Positions 1 through 11,765 of a stretch of DNA of 64,000 nt are shown piece after piece; within the stretch, counting starts at the first letter, position 1; each line of letters opens with the position of its first letter. This DNA comes from Squalus acanthias. Lineage: Eukaryota. Below the pieces are notes generated by a model. That model was not told the origin of the DNA. It saw nothing but the letters and a program-made list of their open reading frames with translations, and did not search any database. Position numbers and translations under genes: made by a program. The DNA lies in the NCBI GenBank assembly GCA_030390025.1, contig CM059432.1, forward strand, positions 42,472,001-42,536,000, read 5' to 3'.

Positions 1-530
1 GCAAATACATTGGCAGGATAGGTGCACCAACGTCAGTGTTCTTGCTCAGGCCAACATCCCCAGCATCAAAGCTTTGACCACGCTCGATCAGCTCCGATGG
101 ACGGGTCACATTGTCCGCATGCCTGATACGAGACTTCCAAAACAAGCGCTCTACTCGGAGCTCCGGCACGGCAAGAGAGCCCCAGGTGGGCAGAGGAAAT
201 GCTTCAAGAACACCCTCAAAGCCTCCTTGAAAAAGTGTAACATCCCCACTGGCACCTGGGAATCCCTGGCCCAAGACCGCACAAAGTGGAGGAGAAGCAT
301 CCGGGAAGGCACCGAACACCTCGAGTCTCTTCGCCGGCAGCCATGCGCAGGCAGCGCAAGGAGCGCACGTCAACCCAAGCACCCCACCCACCCGTCCCTT
401 CAACCACCGTCTGCCCCACCTGTGTCAGAGACTGTAGGTCCCGCATTGGACTCATCAGTCACCTGCGAACTCATTTTTAATGTGGAAGCAAGTCATCCTC
501 GGTTCCGAGGGACTGCCTAAGAAGAAGAAG
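1..530 (+). mobile_element. RTE-clade LINE, 3' fragment (runs off window start)
   Basis: ORF fragments LRWTGHIVRMPDTRLPKQALYSEL..GKR..GGQRK and C-terminal CPTC..CRSRIGLISHLRTH, typical of RTE ORF C-termini; (AAG)n tail ends at 530; frameshifted; near-identical 3' piece at 42575-42800. Confidence 0.85.
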
Positions 531-680
531 ATCTAACTTGAACTATGATCATAATATTGGAGGGTGGTAAAATAGAGACATTTCAAACAAGGTAGTGTTG
601 CTTGAGGGAAAAATTCGGCCTGGAGAAAAACTTCTTAATTTTCTTCAAATGCTGCCATGGGATCTAAACATCCACCTTAT

Positions 681-1110
681 TCAGAAGGTTGTGGGTTCAA
701 GTCCCACTCCAGAGCCTTAAGCACAAAAATCTAGGCTGACACTCCAGTGCAGTGCTGAGGGTGTGCTGCACTGTCGGAGGTGCTACTTTTCAGATGAGAC
801 GTTAAACCAAGGTCCTGTCTCCTCTCTCAGGTGGATGTAAAAGATCCCATGGCACTATTTCAAAGAAGAGCAGAGGAGTTATCGCCGGTGTCCTGACCAA
901 TATTTATCCCTCAATCAACATAACAAAAAACAGATTATCTGGTCATTATCACACTGCTGTTTTTGGGAGCTTGCTGCATGTAAATTGCTGCCGCGTTTCC
1001 TACATTATAACAGTGACTACACTTCAAAAATACTTCATTGCCGATAAAGTGCTTTGGGATATCTTGAGGTTGTGAAAGGTGCTATATAAACGCAAGTCCT
1101 TCTTTCTTTT
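681..1110 (+). mobile_element. Deu-domain SINE (SacSINE1-like), 5'-truncated
   Basis: B-box-like GGTTCAAGTCCC, Deu-like core (GATGAGACGTTAAACC...AAAGATCCCATGGCACT...CCGGTGTCCTG), L2-type tail GCTTTGGG...GTGCTATATAAA plus TCTT repeats; matches copies at 18505 and 40950. Confidence 0.75.
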
Positions 1111-1666
1111 GAACAGGAGACCGGGTTTTGGCTTAATATCTCATAAAAAGACAACGGGGTAAAAATTCACTTGGTTGCGCCTCCCGTTAGCGCCTTAAGA
1201 GGGCGCTAATGGGGCGTTAAGCCGCTAACGCCCGGGCGCAGCGCTGTTTGCGCCGCTCGAGAACTTAACTTGAGATTGTGCGGCGGCGCTAAAACTTACC
1301 GCTGCGACCACCTGCGCGCGCAGATTGTGACGTCATTCCATGGTGCAACGCCCTTGGGGCGCCCCGGAGCGGAAATTGAGTGGCGCCCCCTGCCTTACTG
1401 CCTGCCGCTTCCAACGACCGGAAGACTGGAACGTTATCAATCGGTGTGGGGCTGGGGGGGGCGCTATTTAAAGGGGGCCTCTTCCTGTCTTTTTCTGTGG
1501 TCGACATTTATGCACCACTCGTTCTGAGAGAGAGAGAGAGATTCGGAGAGAGAGAGAGAGAGACTTCTACATTGACTCAACGCTTTGTGAGGTAGTTTTG
1601 CCTATTCATCCTAATTTTGTTGCTACTTTAGTTGCTGTACCTCATTACTTTTCTGGCAAAGAGAAT

Positions 1667-1898
1667 ATGGGGGCTGCAATGATTGGGGGCGTCGTCCTGC
1701 TCCAGCTGAATCGGAGGATACAGAGACGCAGACAGAGAGTGGCAATGATGGCCAGACGGAGGAGGGCCATCAGGCGCATGCACAGGAGAGCTTACCCTCC
1801 CAGGGTATATCGTGAACAGCTCTCCTACATCCATATGTCCGAGGAGCTGTGTTTGCGGAGGCTGCGATTCAGCAAGGAGGTGGTCACTGAGCTTCTAG
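1667..1898 (+). pseudogene. Harbinger transposase remnant, about 929-bp deletion removes the DDE domain
   Basis: MGAAMIGG...FSKEVVTEL joined via a GCT microhomology to the last bases of the intact gene (TTCTAG). Confidence 0.9.
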
Positions 1899-2191
1899 GG
1901 CCCCTGCCATTGCTACAAACACTAATCAACCCAGCACGCAACCCCTGAGCCGGCCAAGGCACCAATAATTCCAACCACCAACCATGTATATTTTGAATAC
2001 AGAAACTTATTTATTTTACAAACTTTGTGTGTGTCAATTCCTCATGACAAACTCATAGAAATAAACACAAAAAACAGTCAATAACATAACTGGTTCTCAC
2101 AACCTGGAGATAATGTCCAAAACACTAAACAAAAGTTGGACCATGAACCTCGGCCTTTAATAAAAAAATGACCAGCATTTTGTCACACCTC

Positions 2192-3144
2192 CTACTTTTT
2201 GCCCTTCGAGGGTGATCTCCTTCCCTTGCGCACTTCCCCCCTTCTAACCCTACTGCTCCTCCGTAATGGGACCTCAGTGGCTGCAGCAAGGCTGGTGGAA
2301 GGCTGCTGCTCGTCAGACCCTGACACTGCAGATGCCCCTGAAGGACGGCCTCGACCACTTCTGGGCCTGGAGGGCCCGGCTGCAGACTGCACCAACTCTG
2401 CATGGGCGGCAGCAGTCTGTCCTACAGGCGGTGGCAAGTGCAGTGGAGAAGTGACAGTGTTGGCAGCAGGAATGCTGTCATCGTGAGAGAGGCCAGCAAC
2501 TCCCTGCTCGCCCGACACACTGGCACTCCCACGGGGCAGCACTTCAGCATCCGGAGCAATCTGCCGGAGAACAGATTGCTGGCCTGCTGCGGCGCGGTGA
2601 CAGCCCCGGGGACATGTGCACGAACCATCGAGGTTGGCAGCAGTCTGTGCTCGCGTGGCCTCCATCTGAGTCTGTATGAGAGCAGTCAGAGGTGGGATCA
2701 CGGCAGCCAGTGACTGAATTGCCTGTGCTACAGCGAAGTGCTCCACACTCCTTGCCAGTGACTCAATGCATTCGGGCACCCTTCCCACTGCACCCATGAG
2801 CTCAGTGTGCATGCCCACCGCCTGGGTGTTCATTTCTGCAATCAGCCGCTCCTCCTCTGCGTCCATTGCAGTAGGAGTGTCTGGCATACTCTCCCTCTGG
2901 GGAGAAGGCCCCCGTTCTTCCCTACCCCCCCCATGGCGTTGCTGCAGCCCGCTGGGTCCTGGAGCTTCACCATCATCAGCCCCTTCCCCCCTGCTCCCCT
3001 CCGGGGAAGGCGTGTTCCCAGTGTGGGCATGGGCTTCCTCGGGAGAGGGTGGCACTGATGCTCTGGCTTCCTCTTCCTCCTCAGCTGCAGCATCACTCCC
3101 AGTGGCAGCTTCAGGGTCCGTCTCCTCAGCTGGTGAATCACCAT
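2192..3144 (-). pseudogene. Last exon of Harbinger Myb/SANT partner gene (upstream exons missing)
   Basis: ORF 2192-3055 is nearly identical to 33353-34396; same TTTCAG acceptor; lacks the 87-bp duplication and a 27-bp segment. Confidence 0.88.
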
Positions 3145-3349
3145 CTGAAAGCAGGGAGGTACAAGAGTGGCTTTAGCGTGAGGACAGGGTGGCAGTAAGG
3201 GAGGAATAAGTGCAGCGACTCAATACGAGAGTGCTTCAACTGAGACAAGCGGACAGTTTATTGTACTCTTCTCCACGGTAATACTCCTTGTCCTACATTA
3301 CTCTCTGCAATAATAACGTATGTCCTATCTCACTACCTCTAATAATACA

Positions 3350-6300
3350 ATAGAGTTATAGAGAGTCATAGAGTAATACAGCACAGAAAGAGGCCCATCG
3401 TGTCCGCACCGGCCATCAAGCCCTGTCTATTCTAATCCCATTTTCCAGCACTTGGTCCGTAGCCTTGTATGCTATGGCATTTCAAGTGCTCATCCAAATG
3501 CTTCTTGAATGTTGAGGGTTCCGGCCTCTACCACCCTTTCAGGCAGTGAGTTCCAGATTCCAACCACCCTCTGGGTGAAAAAGTTTTTCCTCAAATCCCC
3601 TCTAAACCTCCTGCCCCTTACCTTGAAACTATGCCGCCTGGTTATTGACCCCTCTACTAAGGGGAAAAGTTCCTTTCTATCTACCCTATCTATGCCCCTC
3701 ATAATTTTGTACACCTCAATCAGGTCCCGCCTCAGCCTTCTCTGCTCTAAGGAAAACAACCCCAGACTGTCCAGTCTCTCTTCATAGCTGAAACGCTCCA
3801 GCCCAGGTAACATCCTGGTGAATCTCCTCTGCACCCTCTCCAATGCAATCACATCCTTCCTATAGTGTGGTGACCAGAACTGCACACCGTATTCCAGCTG
3901 TGGCCTAACTAGCGTTTTGTACAGCTCCATCATAACCTCCCTGCTCTTATATTCTATGCCCCGGCTAATGAAGGTAAGTATCCCATATGCCTTCTTAACC
4001 ACCTTATCTACCTGTCCTGCTGCCTTCAGGGATCTATGTACATGCACACCAAGGTCCCTCTGATCCTCTGTCCTTCCTAGGGTCCTACCATTCATTGTGT
4101 ATTCCCTTGCCTTGTTAGTCCTCCCAAAATGCATCACCTCACACTTTTCAGGGTTAAATTCCATTTGCCACTGTTCTGCCCATCTGACCAACCCGTCTAT
4201 ATCGTCCTGTAGCCTGAGGCTTCCCTCCTCGCTATTTACCACTCCACCAATTTTCGTGTCATCTGCGAACTTACTGATCATACCTCCTACATTCATATCT
4301 AAATCATTAATGTACACTACAAACAGCAAGGGACCCAGCACCGATGCCTGCGGTACACCACTGGACACAGGCTTCCAGTCACAAAAACAACCTTCGACCA
4401 TCACCCTCTGCCTCCTGCCACTAAGGCAATTTTGGATCAAATGTGCCAAATTACCCTGGATCCCATGGGCTCTTACCTTCTTGACCAGTCTCCCATGCAG
4501 GACTTTGTCAAAAGCCTTACTAAAGTCCATGTAGACTACATCAACTGCACTACCCTCATCCACACACCTAGTCACCCCCTCGAAAAATTCGATCAAATTG
4601 GTTAGACATGATCTCCCCCTGACAAAGCCATGCTGACTATCCTTGATTAATCCTTGCCTCTCCAAGTGGAGACTAATCCTGTCCCTCAGAATTTTTTCCA
4701 ATACTTTCCCTACCACTGATGTTAGGCTCATTGGCCTGTAATTCCCTGGTTTATCCCTACTACCCTTCTTGAATCATGGTACTACGTTAGCTGTCCTCCA
4801 GACCTCTGGCACTCCCCTGTGGCCAGAGAGGTTCTGAAAATTTGTGTCAGAGCCCCTGCAATCTCCACCCTTGCCTCACACAGCAGCCTGGGATACATCT
4901 CGTCTGGGCCTGGGGATTTATCCACTTTTAAGCCTGTTAAAACTGCTAGTACCTCCTCCCTCTCAATGCTAATTTGTTCAAGTATATCACAATCCCCCTG
5001 CCTGATTTCTATGCCTACATCGTCCTTCTCCATCGTGAACACAGATGCAAAATATTCATTTAAAACCTCACCTACATCTTCCGGCTCTATACACAGGTTG
5101 CCACTTTGGTCCCTAATGGGCCCTACTCTTTCCCTGGTTATCCTCTTACCCTTAATATACTTATAAATCACCTTGGGATTTTCCTTTATTTTGCCCGCCA
5201 GTGTTTTTTCATGCCCCCTCTTCGCTCTCCGAACTTCTTTTTTAAGTACCCCCCTGTACTTCCTATACTCCTCTAGGGCTTCCACTGTTTTTAGTCCTTT
5301 GTATCTGCCAAAAGCCTCCCTTTTTTTCCTAATCCATTCTTGTATATTTCTTGACATCCAGGGTTCCCTGGGCTTGTTGGTCCCACCCTTGACCTTTACG
5401 GGAACATGTTGGCATTGTACTCTCTCTATTTCCTTTCTGAATGACTCCTACTGCTCTGATGTGGATTTTCCTACAAGTAGCTGATCCCAGTCTACTTTGG
5501 CCAGATCCTGCCTTATCATATTAAAATCGGCCTTCCCCCAATTTAGAAGCTTTATTTCCGGTCCATCGTTGTCCTTTTCCATGACTACCTTAAATCTCAC
5601 CGAATTATGCCCACTGTCACCAAAATGCTCTCCTACTGACACTTCTACCACTTGCCCGGCTACATTCCCTAGAATTAGGTCCAGTACCGCCCCCTCTCTT
5701 GTAGGAATGTGCAGGTTAGGTTGATTTGGCTATGATAAATTGACCCTTAGTGTTAGGGGGGGATTAAATATGTGGGGTTATGGGGATAGGATGGGATATG
5801 TTAGGGGGAATTAAATATGTGGGGTTACGGGGGTCGGGTGGGATATGTGTACTGTGGGGATTAAAGCAGGGACAGGGTACTGGATTTGAATGATCAGCCA
5901 TGATCGTATTGAATGGTGGAGCAGGCTCGACGGGCCGAATGGCCTACTCCTGCTCCTAGATTCTATGTTTCTATGTTTCTATGTTAGGACTTTCTACATG
6001 CTGGCTCAAAAAGCTCTCCTGGATGCACTTTAAGAATTCTGCACCCTCTAAGCCTTTCACACTCTGACTATCCCATTTAATATTGGAGAAGTTGAAATCC
6101 CCTACTATTTTTACCCTATTATTTCTACACTTCTCTGAGATTTGCCTACATATCTGTTCCTCTATCTCTCCCTGACTGTTTGGGGGCCTGTAGTACACTC
6201 CCAGCAAAGTGCTTGCCTCCTTTTTGTTTTTAAGTTCTACCCATATGGCTTCATTAGAGGAACCTGCTAAGATATCATCCCTCCTTACAGCAGTAATTGA

Positions 6301-6965
6301 CTCCTTGCTTAATATTGCGACACCCCCTCCACTTTTACACCCCCCTCTGTCTCGCCTGAAGATTCTATACCCCGGAATATTGAGCTGCCAGTCCTGCCCC
6401 TCCCTCAACCATGTCTCTGTGATAGCAACAATATCATACTCCCATGTGTTCATCAACACCTTCAATTCATCTGCCTTACTTGCAAGACTCCTTGCATTAA
6501 AATAAATGCCACCCAGCCTTGCCATACTCCCTTGTGCCGTTACATATTTGCTCTGCCTTCCAGGCTGACTTGTTTTTTCCTTTATATTTGGCTGTGCATC
6601 ACCCCCTACTATAGCTCCACTCCGTATCCCATCCCCCTGCCAAGTTAGTTTAAACCCCCCCCCCAACAGCACTAGCAAACCTCCCCGCAAGGATGTTGGT
6701 CCCATTCCGGTTCAGGTACAACCCGTCCGACTTGTAAAGGTCCCACCTTCCCCAGAAACAGACCCAGTGATCCAGGAAACTAAAGCCCTCCCTCCTGCAC
6801 CAACTCTTTAGCCACGCATTCATCTGCTCTATCCTCCTATTCCTATACTCACTAGCACGTGGCACCGGGAGTAATCCAGAGATTACAACCTTTGAGGTCC
6901 TGCTTTTTAATCTTCTACCTAGCTCCCTAAATTCTTGTTGCAGGACCTCATCCCTCTTTCTACCA
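3350..6965 (-). mobile_element. CR1 LINE, 5'-truncated (end of esterase ORF1 plus disrupted APE-RT ORF2)
   Basis: NARSL, VAITETW, VYYRPP, VGDFN (APE); YMDFSKAFDKV, SKFADDTK (RT); DGLYLN end of ORF1; microsatellite-like tail near 3350; frameshifts and stops. Confidence 0.95.
5707..5984 (+). mobile_element. V-SINE/HE1-like SINE 3' part with CR1-derived tail, inserted in CR1
   Basis: ATGTGCAGGTTAGGT..AAATTGACCCTTAGTG, CR1-type tail and (TTTCTATG)n; TAGGA TSD at 5702-5706 and 5985-5989. Confidence 0.7.
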
Positions 6966-6982
6966 GCGGGAAGCTTGGTTCA

Positions 6983-7167
6983 TTTTGAGGGCTGGTCTTC
7001 ATTCACATATAGCTGCCAATTGTGGGCAGAAAATGAGCACTTTGGGGCAGCCCACTGGCTCCAGGGCACCACTATATCTGGTGCACTGGAGCCAGTGGGC
7101 TGCCCCAAAGTGCTCGTTTTCTGCCCACAATTGGCAGCTATATGTGAATGAAGATCAGCCCTCAAAA
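6983..7167. repeat. Near-perfect palindrome / MITE-like hairpin
   Basis: 89-bp arms (6983-7071, 7079-7167) with 3 mismatches and a 7-nt loop. Confidence 0.92.
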
Positions 7168-7810
7168 AGGAAGGTCCAGTGTGGAGTCCATTCTCAGGAG
7201 AGAGGCGCACTGGTGCAGCAGCAACTCAGGGTGATTTTGTAGATTCCAGAGAATCACTCTGGCTCCTCCAGGCTCCACAAAAATAAATAAAAACTTACCT
7301 TCTGAAAGCTCCTCTTTGGCTGGACCGCCACATGAAACTGTGCAGAGTGTGAATGATTTGCATATTATACCCCTACGTGTGAAGATAGTTTCCGTTGGAA
7401 TTGTGAAGACATTAAAATCTAGCATGCAAGTGCTGGTCATGGAAGGAGTTGACAGTGGGCTGTCTTGTATATCCTTGCACTGAAGAAGGTGGTGCTGGGC
7501 AGGAAAGTGCTGGATCGTGCATAGTGTAGTGTACTGGGAAGGTGCAGAGAAAGTTGAGGAATATGCGGGTAAGAGGGAAGAGATCATTATAGTTTTAGTC
7601 GGTACAGTGCATAAATATGAGCTGATGTTGTGGGATTCAACGTTACCCCTCATGATGCAGCCAGATGTGCTACTGGCATTAATGTTGCTCTTTGTCCCAT
7701 GATCTTAAACTCCCTATGGCATCTCAAGGAAAAATGAGAACTCACCTGTGGCAAGATTTCTGTAGCCTTATCATCAAAGCAGGGGATCTTTCTTCCAGCA
7801 GTGCTGCAAG

Positions 7811-8190
7811 ACCTTGAAACATATAAGATTCTGAAGGGGATTGACAGAGTAGATGCTGAGAGGTTGTTTCCCCTGGATGGAGAGTCTAGAACTAGGGGGC
7901 ATAGTCTCAGGATAAGGGGTTGGCCATTTAAGATTGAGATGAGGAGGAATTTCTCCACTCAGAGGGTTGTGAATCTTTGGAATTTTCTACCCCAGAGGGC
8001 TGTGAATGCTGAGTCTTTGAGTATATTCAAGGCTGAGATAGATAGATTTTTGGACTCCCGGGGAATCAAGGGATATGGAGATCGGGCGGGAAAGTGGAGT
8101 TGAGGTCAAAGGTCAGCCATGATCTTATTGAATGACAGAGCAGGCTCGAGGGGCCATATGACCTACTCCTGCTCCAAATTCTTATGTTCT
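7811..8190 (+). mobile_element. CR1 3' fragment
   Basis: ETYKIL...TRGHSL...QRVVNLWN C-terminus and CR1 3' tail ending TCTTATGTTCTT. Confidence 0.9.
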
Positions 8191-9038
8191 TAAGTTCTAA
8201 GAGTATTCCAGGAACTAGAAATGTTATCATATGTGTAGCGCAGCATTTGGCTAATTACTGTTGTTTTATTTGATTTAAGAATCATTCTGTCACTGTATGC
8301 AAAATTAAGCCTGCTGTACTGCTTTCTTAACCTGTTCCTATTTTCTAATAAATTGATTGAATCGTACTCAACCAAGCCCAACACACTACCTGAGCTTGGC
8401 AACAAGAAGAGTGTCTGCTTCTGCTCTGAGGGAAACAGGCTAGAAGCCGAAGGCACCCTGTACATTTAAGTTAATAGTAGGAAGCATTACAGATACCACT
8501 CATATCTTCGTATTTTCTTTAACAATGGTACAATGTTAGCCAGACACAGTAATACTAGCATCATCTGCTATTTCTGGCAATGCCTCACCAGCTTAGCTAT
8601 TGTGCAATAATGCAATGCACATAATTAAAGAAACTGAAGAAAGCTACCCAGACCATGAGCTATCTAGATCAACTATCTCAATGCTACAGTTCAAGGTAAA
8701 TTCATTATTCCTGTGAACCCTGCAGGGAGTCACACTCGAAGGGAGTGTAGGTTAGAATCAGGGCTACTATTTTGTAGCACTAACTTCTTGACTCACACTT
8801 CCTTTCAGCATGATTCCTCACTTCTAAAAATTGCAAAAATATTTGTTATAAATAACAATAGCCAAGAATTTTCTGGAACTTTTCAGCATAACTACAGAGT
8901 AAGTGCACTATTTTTCCCCAAGGAAATTTGCACATAATTGCTGTCAGTCTCAGTGCACCCAACATTATTTTTGAAATAACAACAGAAAACGCTGGAAAAA
9001 CTCAGCAGGCCAGGCAGCATCCGTGGAGAGAGAAAGAG

Positions 9039-9075
9039 AGTTGACGTTTCAGGTCGATGACCTTTCATCAGAACT
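9039..9075 (-). ncRNA. Minimal type I hammerhead ribozyme
   Basis: Minus strand AGUU-CUGAUGA-A-AGGUC(AUC)GACCU-GAAA-CGUC-AACU: full core, stems I and II, palindromic mini stem III, GUC cleavage triplet. Confidence 0.85.
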
Positions 9076-9315
9076 GGGAAGAGCTGGAAATCAAATAGAT
9101 TTAAGGCCAGGGTAAAGCTGGGAAAAGGGGGAGGGGAAATCCCGTCGAAGAGAAGAGCAGAACTTCTTCAAGGTAGGCATTCCGAGAAGAGAGGTGGCAG
9201 TGAACCAAACACTAATACGATAGCAAAATACTGCAGATGCTGGAAATCCGAAATAACAACAGAAAACGCTGGAAAAACTCAGCAGGCCAGGCAGCATCCG
9301 TGGAGAGAGAAAGAG

Positions 9316-9352
9316 AGTTGACGTTTCAGGTCGATGACCTTTCATCAGAACT
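9316..9352 (-). ncRNA. Minimal type I hammerhead ribozyme (second copy)
   Basis: Identical to 9039-9075, 277 nt upstream on the minus strand. Confidence 0.85.
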
Positions 9353-9654
9353 GGGAAGAGCTGGAAATCAAATAGATTTAAGGCCAGGGTAAAGCTGGGA
9401 AAAGGGGGAGGGGAAATCCCGTCGAAGACCCTCCCGCACCCTGTATGTTAAGAAGGACTAAGCACTGGAATGGCCTTCCCAATGGGCATACCCCTATTGT
9501 GCAATAGTAATGGACGCAGAGCATGAGCAGCAGAGCCAAAAAGCTCTGAAAGTGAGGTGCCAGGGCAGAAGACGGCAGCCCACTCACTATTACTCCTAAT
9601 GGTGGGTCTGCACTTGTATTTGTTTCACACCAGTTTTTTCGTTCCAGTGTAGGC

Positions 9655-11765
9655 AAATGTGGGCCATCAGCAGCAACAGAATTGTATTCCACCACAATCT
9701 GTAACCTCATAGCCCGGCATATCCCTCACTCTGCCATTACCACCAAGCCAGGGGACCAACCCTGGTTCAACAACGAGTGTAGAAGAGCATGCCAGGAGCA
9801 GTACCAGACATACCTAAAAATGAGGTGCCAACCTGGGGAAGCTGCAACACAGGACTACATGCATGCTAAAAAGCGGAAGCAGCATGCTATAGACAGGGCT
9901 AAGCGATCCCACAATCAACGTATCAGATCAAAGCTCTGCAGTCCTGCCACATCCAGTCGTGAATGGTGGTGGACCATTAAACAACTAACGGGAGGAGGAG
10001 GCTCCAAGAATATCCCCATCCTCAATGATGGTGGAGCCCAGCATGTGAGTGCAAAAGACAAGGCTGAAGTGTTTGCAACCAACTTCAGCCAGAAGTGCCG
10101 AGTGGATGATCCATATCGGCCTACTCCTGAGCTCCCCACCATCACAGAAGCCAGTCTTCAGCCAATTCGATTCACTCCACGTGATATCAAGAAATGGCTG
10201 AGCGCACTGGATACAGCAAAGGCTGTGGGCCCCGACAAAATCCCGGCTGTCGTGCTGAAGACTTGTGCTCCAGAACTAGCCCTGCCTCTAGCCAAGCTGT
10301 TCCAGTCGAGCTACAACACTGGCATCTATCCGACAATGTGGAAAACTGTCCAGGTATGTCCTGTCCACAAAAAGCAGGACAAATCCAACCCGACCAATTA
10401 TCGCCCCATCAGTCTACTCTCAATCATCAGCAAAGTGATGGAAGGTGTCATCGACAGTGCTATCAAGCGGCACTTACTCACCAATAACCTGCTCACTGAT
10501 GCCCAGTTTGGGTTCCGCCAAGACCACTCGGCTCCCGACCTCATTACAGCCTTGGTCCAAACATGGACAAAGGAGATGAATTCCAGAGGTGAGGTGAGAG
10601 TGACTGCCCTTGACATCAAGGCAGCATTTGACTGAGTGTGGCATCAAGGAGCCCTAGTAAAACTGAAGTCAATGGGAATCAGGGGGAAAATGCTCTGCTG
10701 GCTGGAGTCATACCTAGCACAAATGAAGATGGTTGTGGTGGTTGAAGGTCAATCTTCGCAGGCCCAGGACATCGCTGCAGGAGTTCCTCGGGGTAGTGTC
10801 CTAGGCCCAACCATCTTCAGCTGCTTCATCAATGACCTTCCCTCCAACATAAGGTCAGAAATGGGGATGTTCGCTGATGACTGCACAGTGTTCAGCGCCA
10901 TTCACAACTCCACAGATAATGAAGCAGTCCATGCCCGCATGCAACAAGACCTGGATGACATTCAGGCTTGGGCTGATAAGTGGCAGGTAACATTCGCGCT
11001 ACAGAGGTGCCAGGCAATGACTATCTCCAACAAGCGAGAGTCTAACCACCTCCCCTTGACATTCAATGGCATTACCATCGCCAAATCCCCCACTACCAAT
11101 ATCCTGGGGGTCACCATTAACCAGAAACTCAACTGGACCAGCCACATAAATACTGTGGCTACAAGAGCAGGTCAGAAGCTAGGTATTCTGTGGCGAGTGT
11201 CTCATCTCCTGACTCCCCAAAGCCTTTCCACCATCTACAAGGCACAAGTAAGGAGTGTGATGGGATACTCTCCACTTGCCTGGATGAGTGCAGCTCCAAC
11301 AACACTCAAGAAGCTCGACACCATCCAGGACAAAGCAGCCCGCTTGATTGGCACCCCATCCACCACCTTAAACATTCACTCCCTCCACCACCAGCGTACC
11401 GTGGCTGCAGTGTGTACCATCTAGAAGATGCACTGCAGCAACTCGCCAAGGCTTCTTCGGCAGCACCTCTCAAACCCGCGACCTCTTCCACCTAGAAGGA
11501 CAAGGGCAGCAGGCGCATGGGAACACCACCACCTCCAAGTTCCCCTCCAAGTCACACACCATCCTGACTTGGAAATATATCGCCGATCCTTCATCGTCGC
11601 TGGGTCAAAATCCTGGAACTCCCTCCCTAACAGCACTTTGGGAGTACCATCACTACACGGACTGCTGCGGTTCAAGAAGGCAGCTCGCCACCACCTTCTC
11701 AAGGGCAACTAGGGATGGGCAATAAATGCTGGCATTGCCAGCGACGCCCTGATCCCATAAATGAT
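9655..11765 (+). mobile_element. CR1/L2-group LINE (distinct family), 5'-truncated RT
   Basis: PWFN, KAVGPDKIP, NYRPISLLS, QFGFR, LDIKAAFD*VWH, GSVLGP, FADD; a single frame broken by two point stops (10633-10635, 11422-11424); AATAAA near the 3' end. Confidence 0.9.

Larger units (their letters stand above)
1156..3218 (+). mobile_element. Harbinger transposon, internally deleted and truncated copy of the 31914-36364 element (opposite orientation)
   Basis: Starts with TIR GGGGTAAAAATT; colinear with the reverse complement of 33256-36364; second TIR and Myb exons 1-2 absent. Confidence 0.93.
8973..9428 (-). mobile_element. Non-autonomous Penelope-derived, retrozyme-like tandem (277-bp unit, about 1.65 copies)
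   Basis: 179-bp direct repeats 8973-9151 and 9250-9428, identical by eye, each with a hammerhead; similar to the 3' pLTR region of the Penelope element at 20630-20719. Confidence 0.8.

Noticed and set aside
7162..7653. Possible host exon (163-aa minus ORF with a strong AG|GTAAGT donor near 7298)
   Set aside because: No recognisable protein motif and no partner exons; similar donor-like motifs occur in transposon-derived sequence here. It cannot be excluded without RNA-seq or conservation data.
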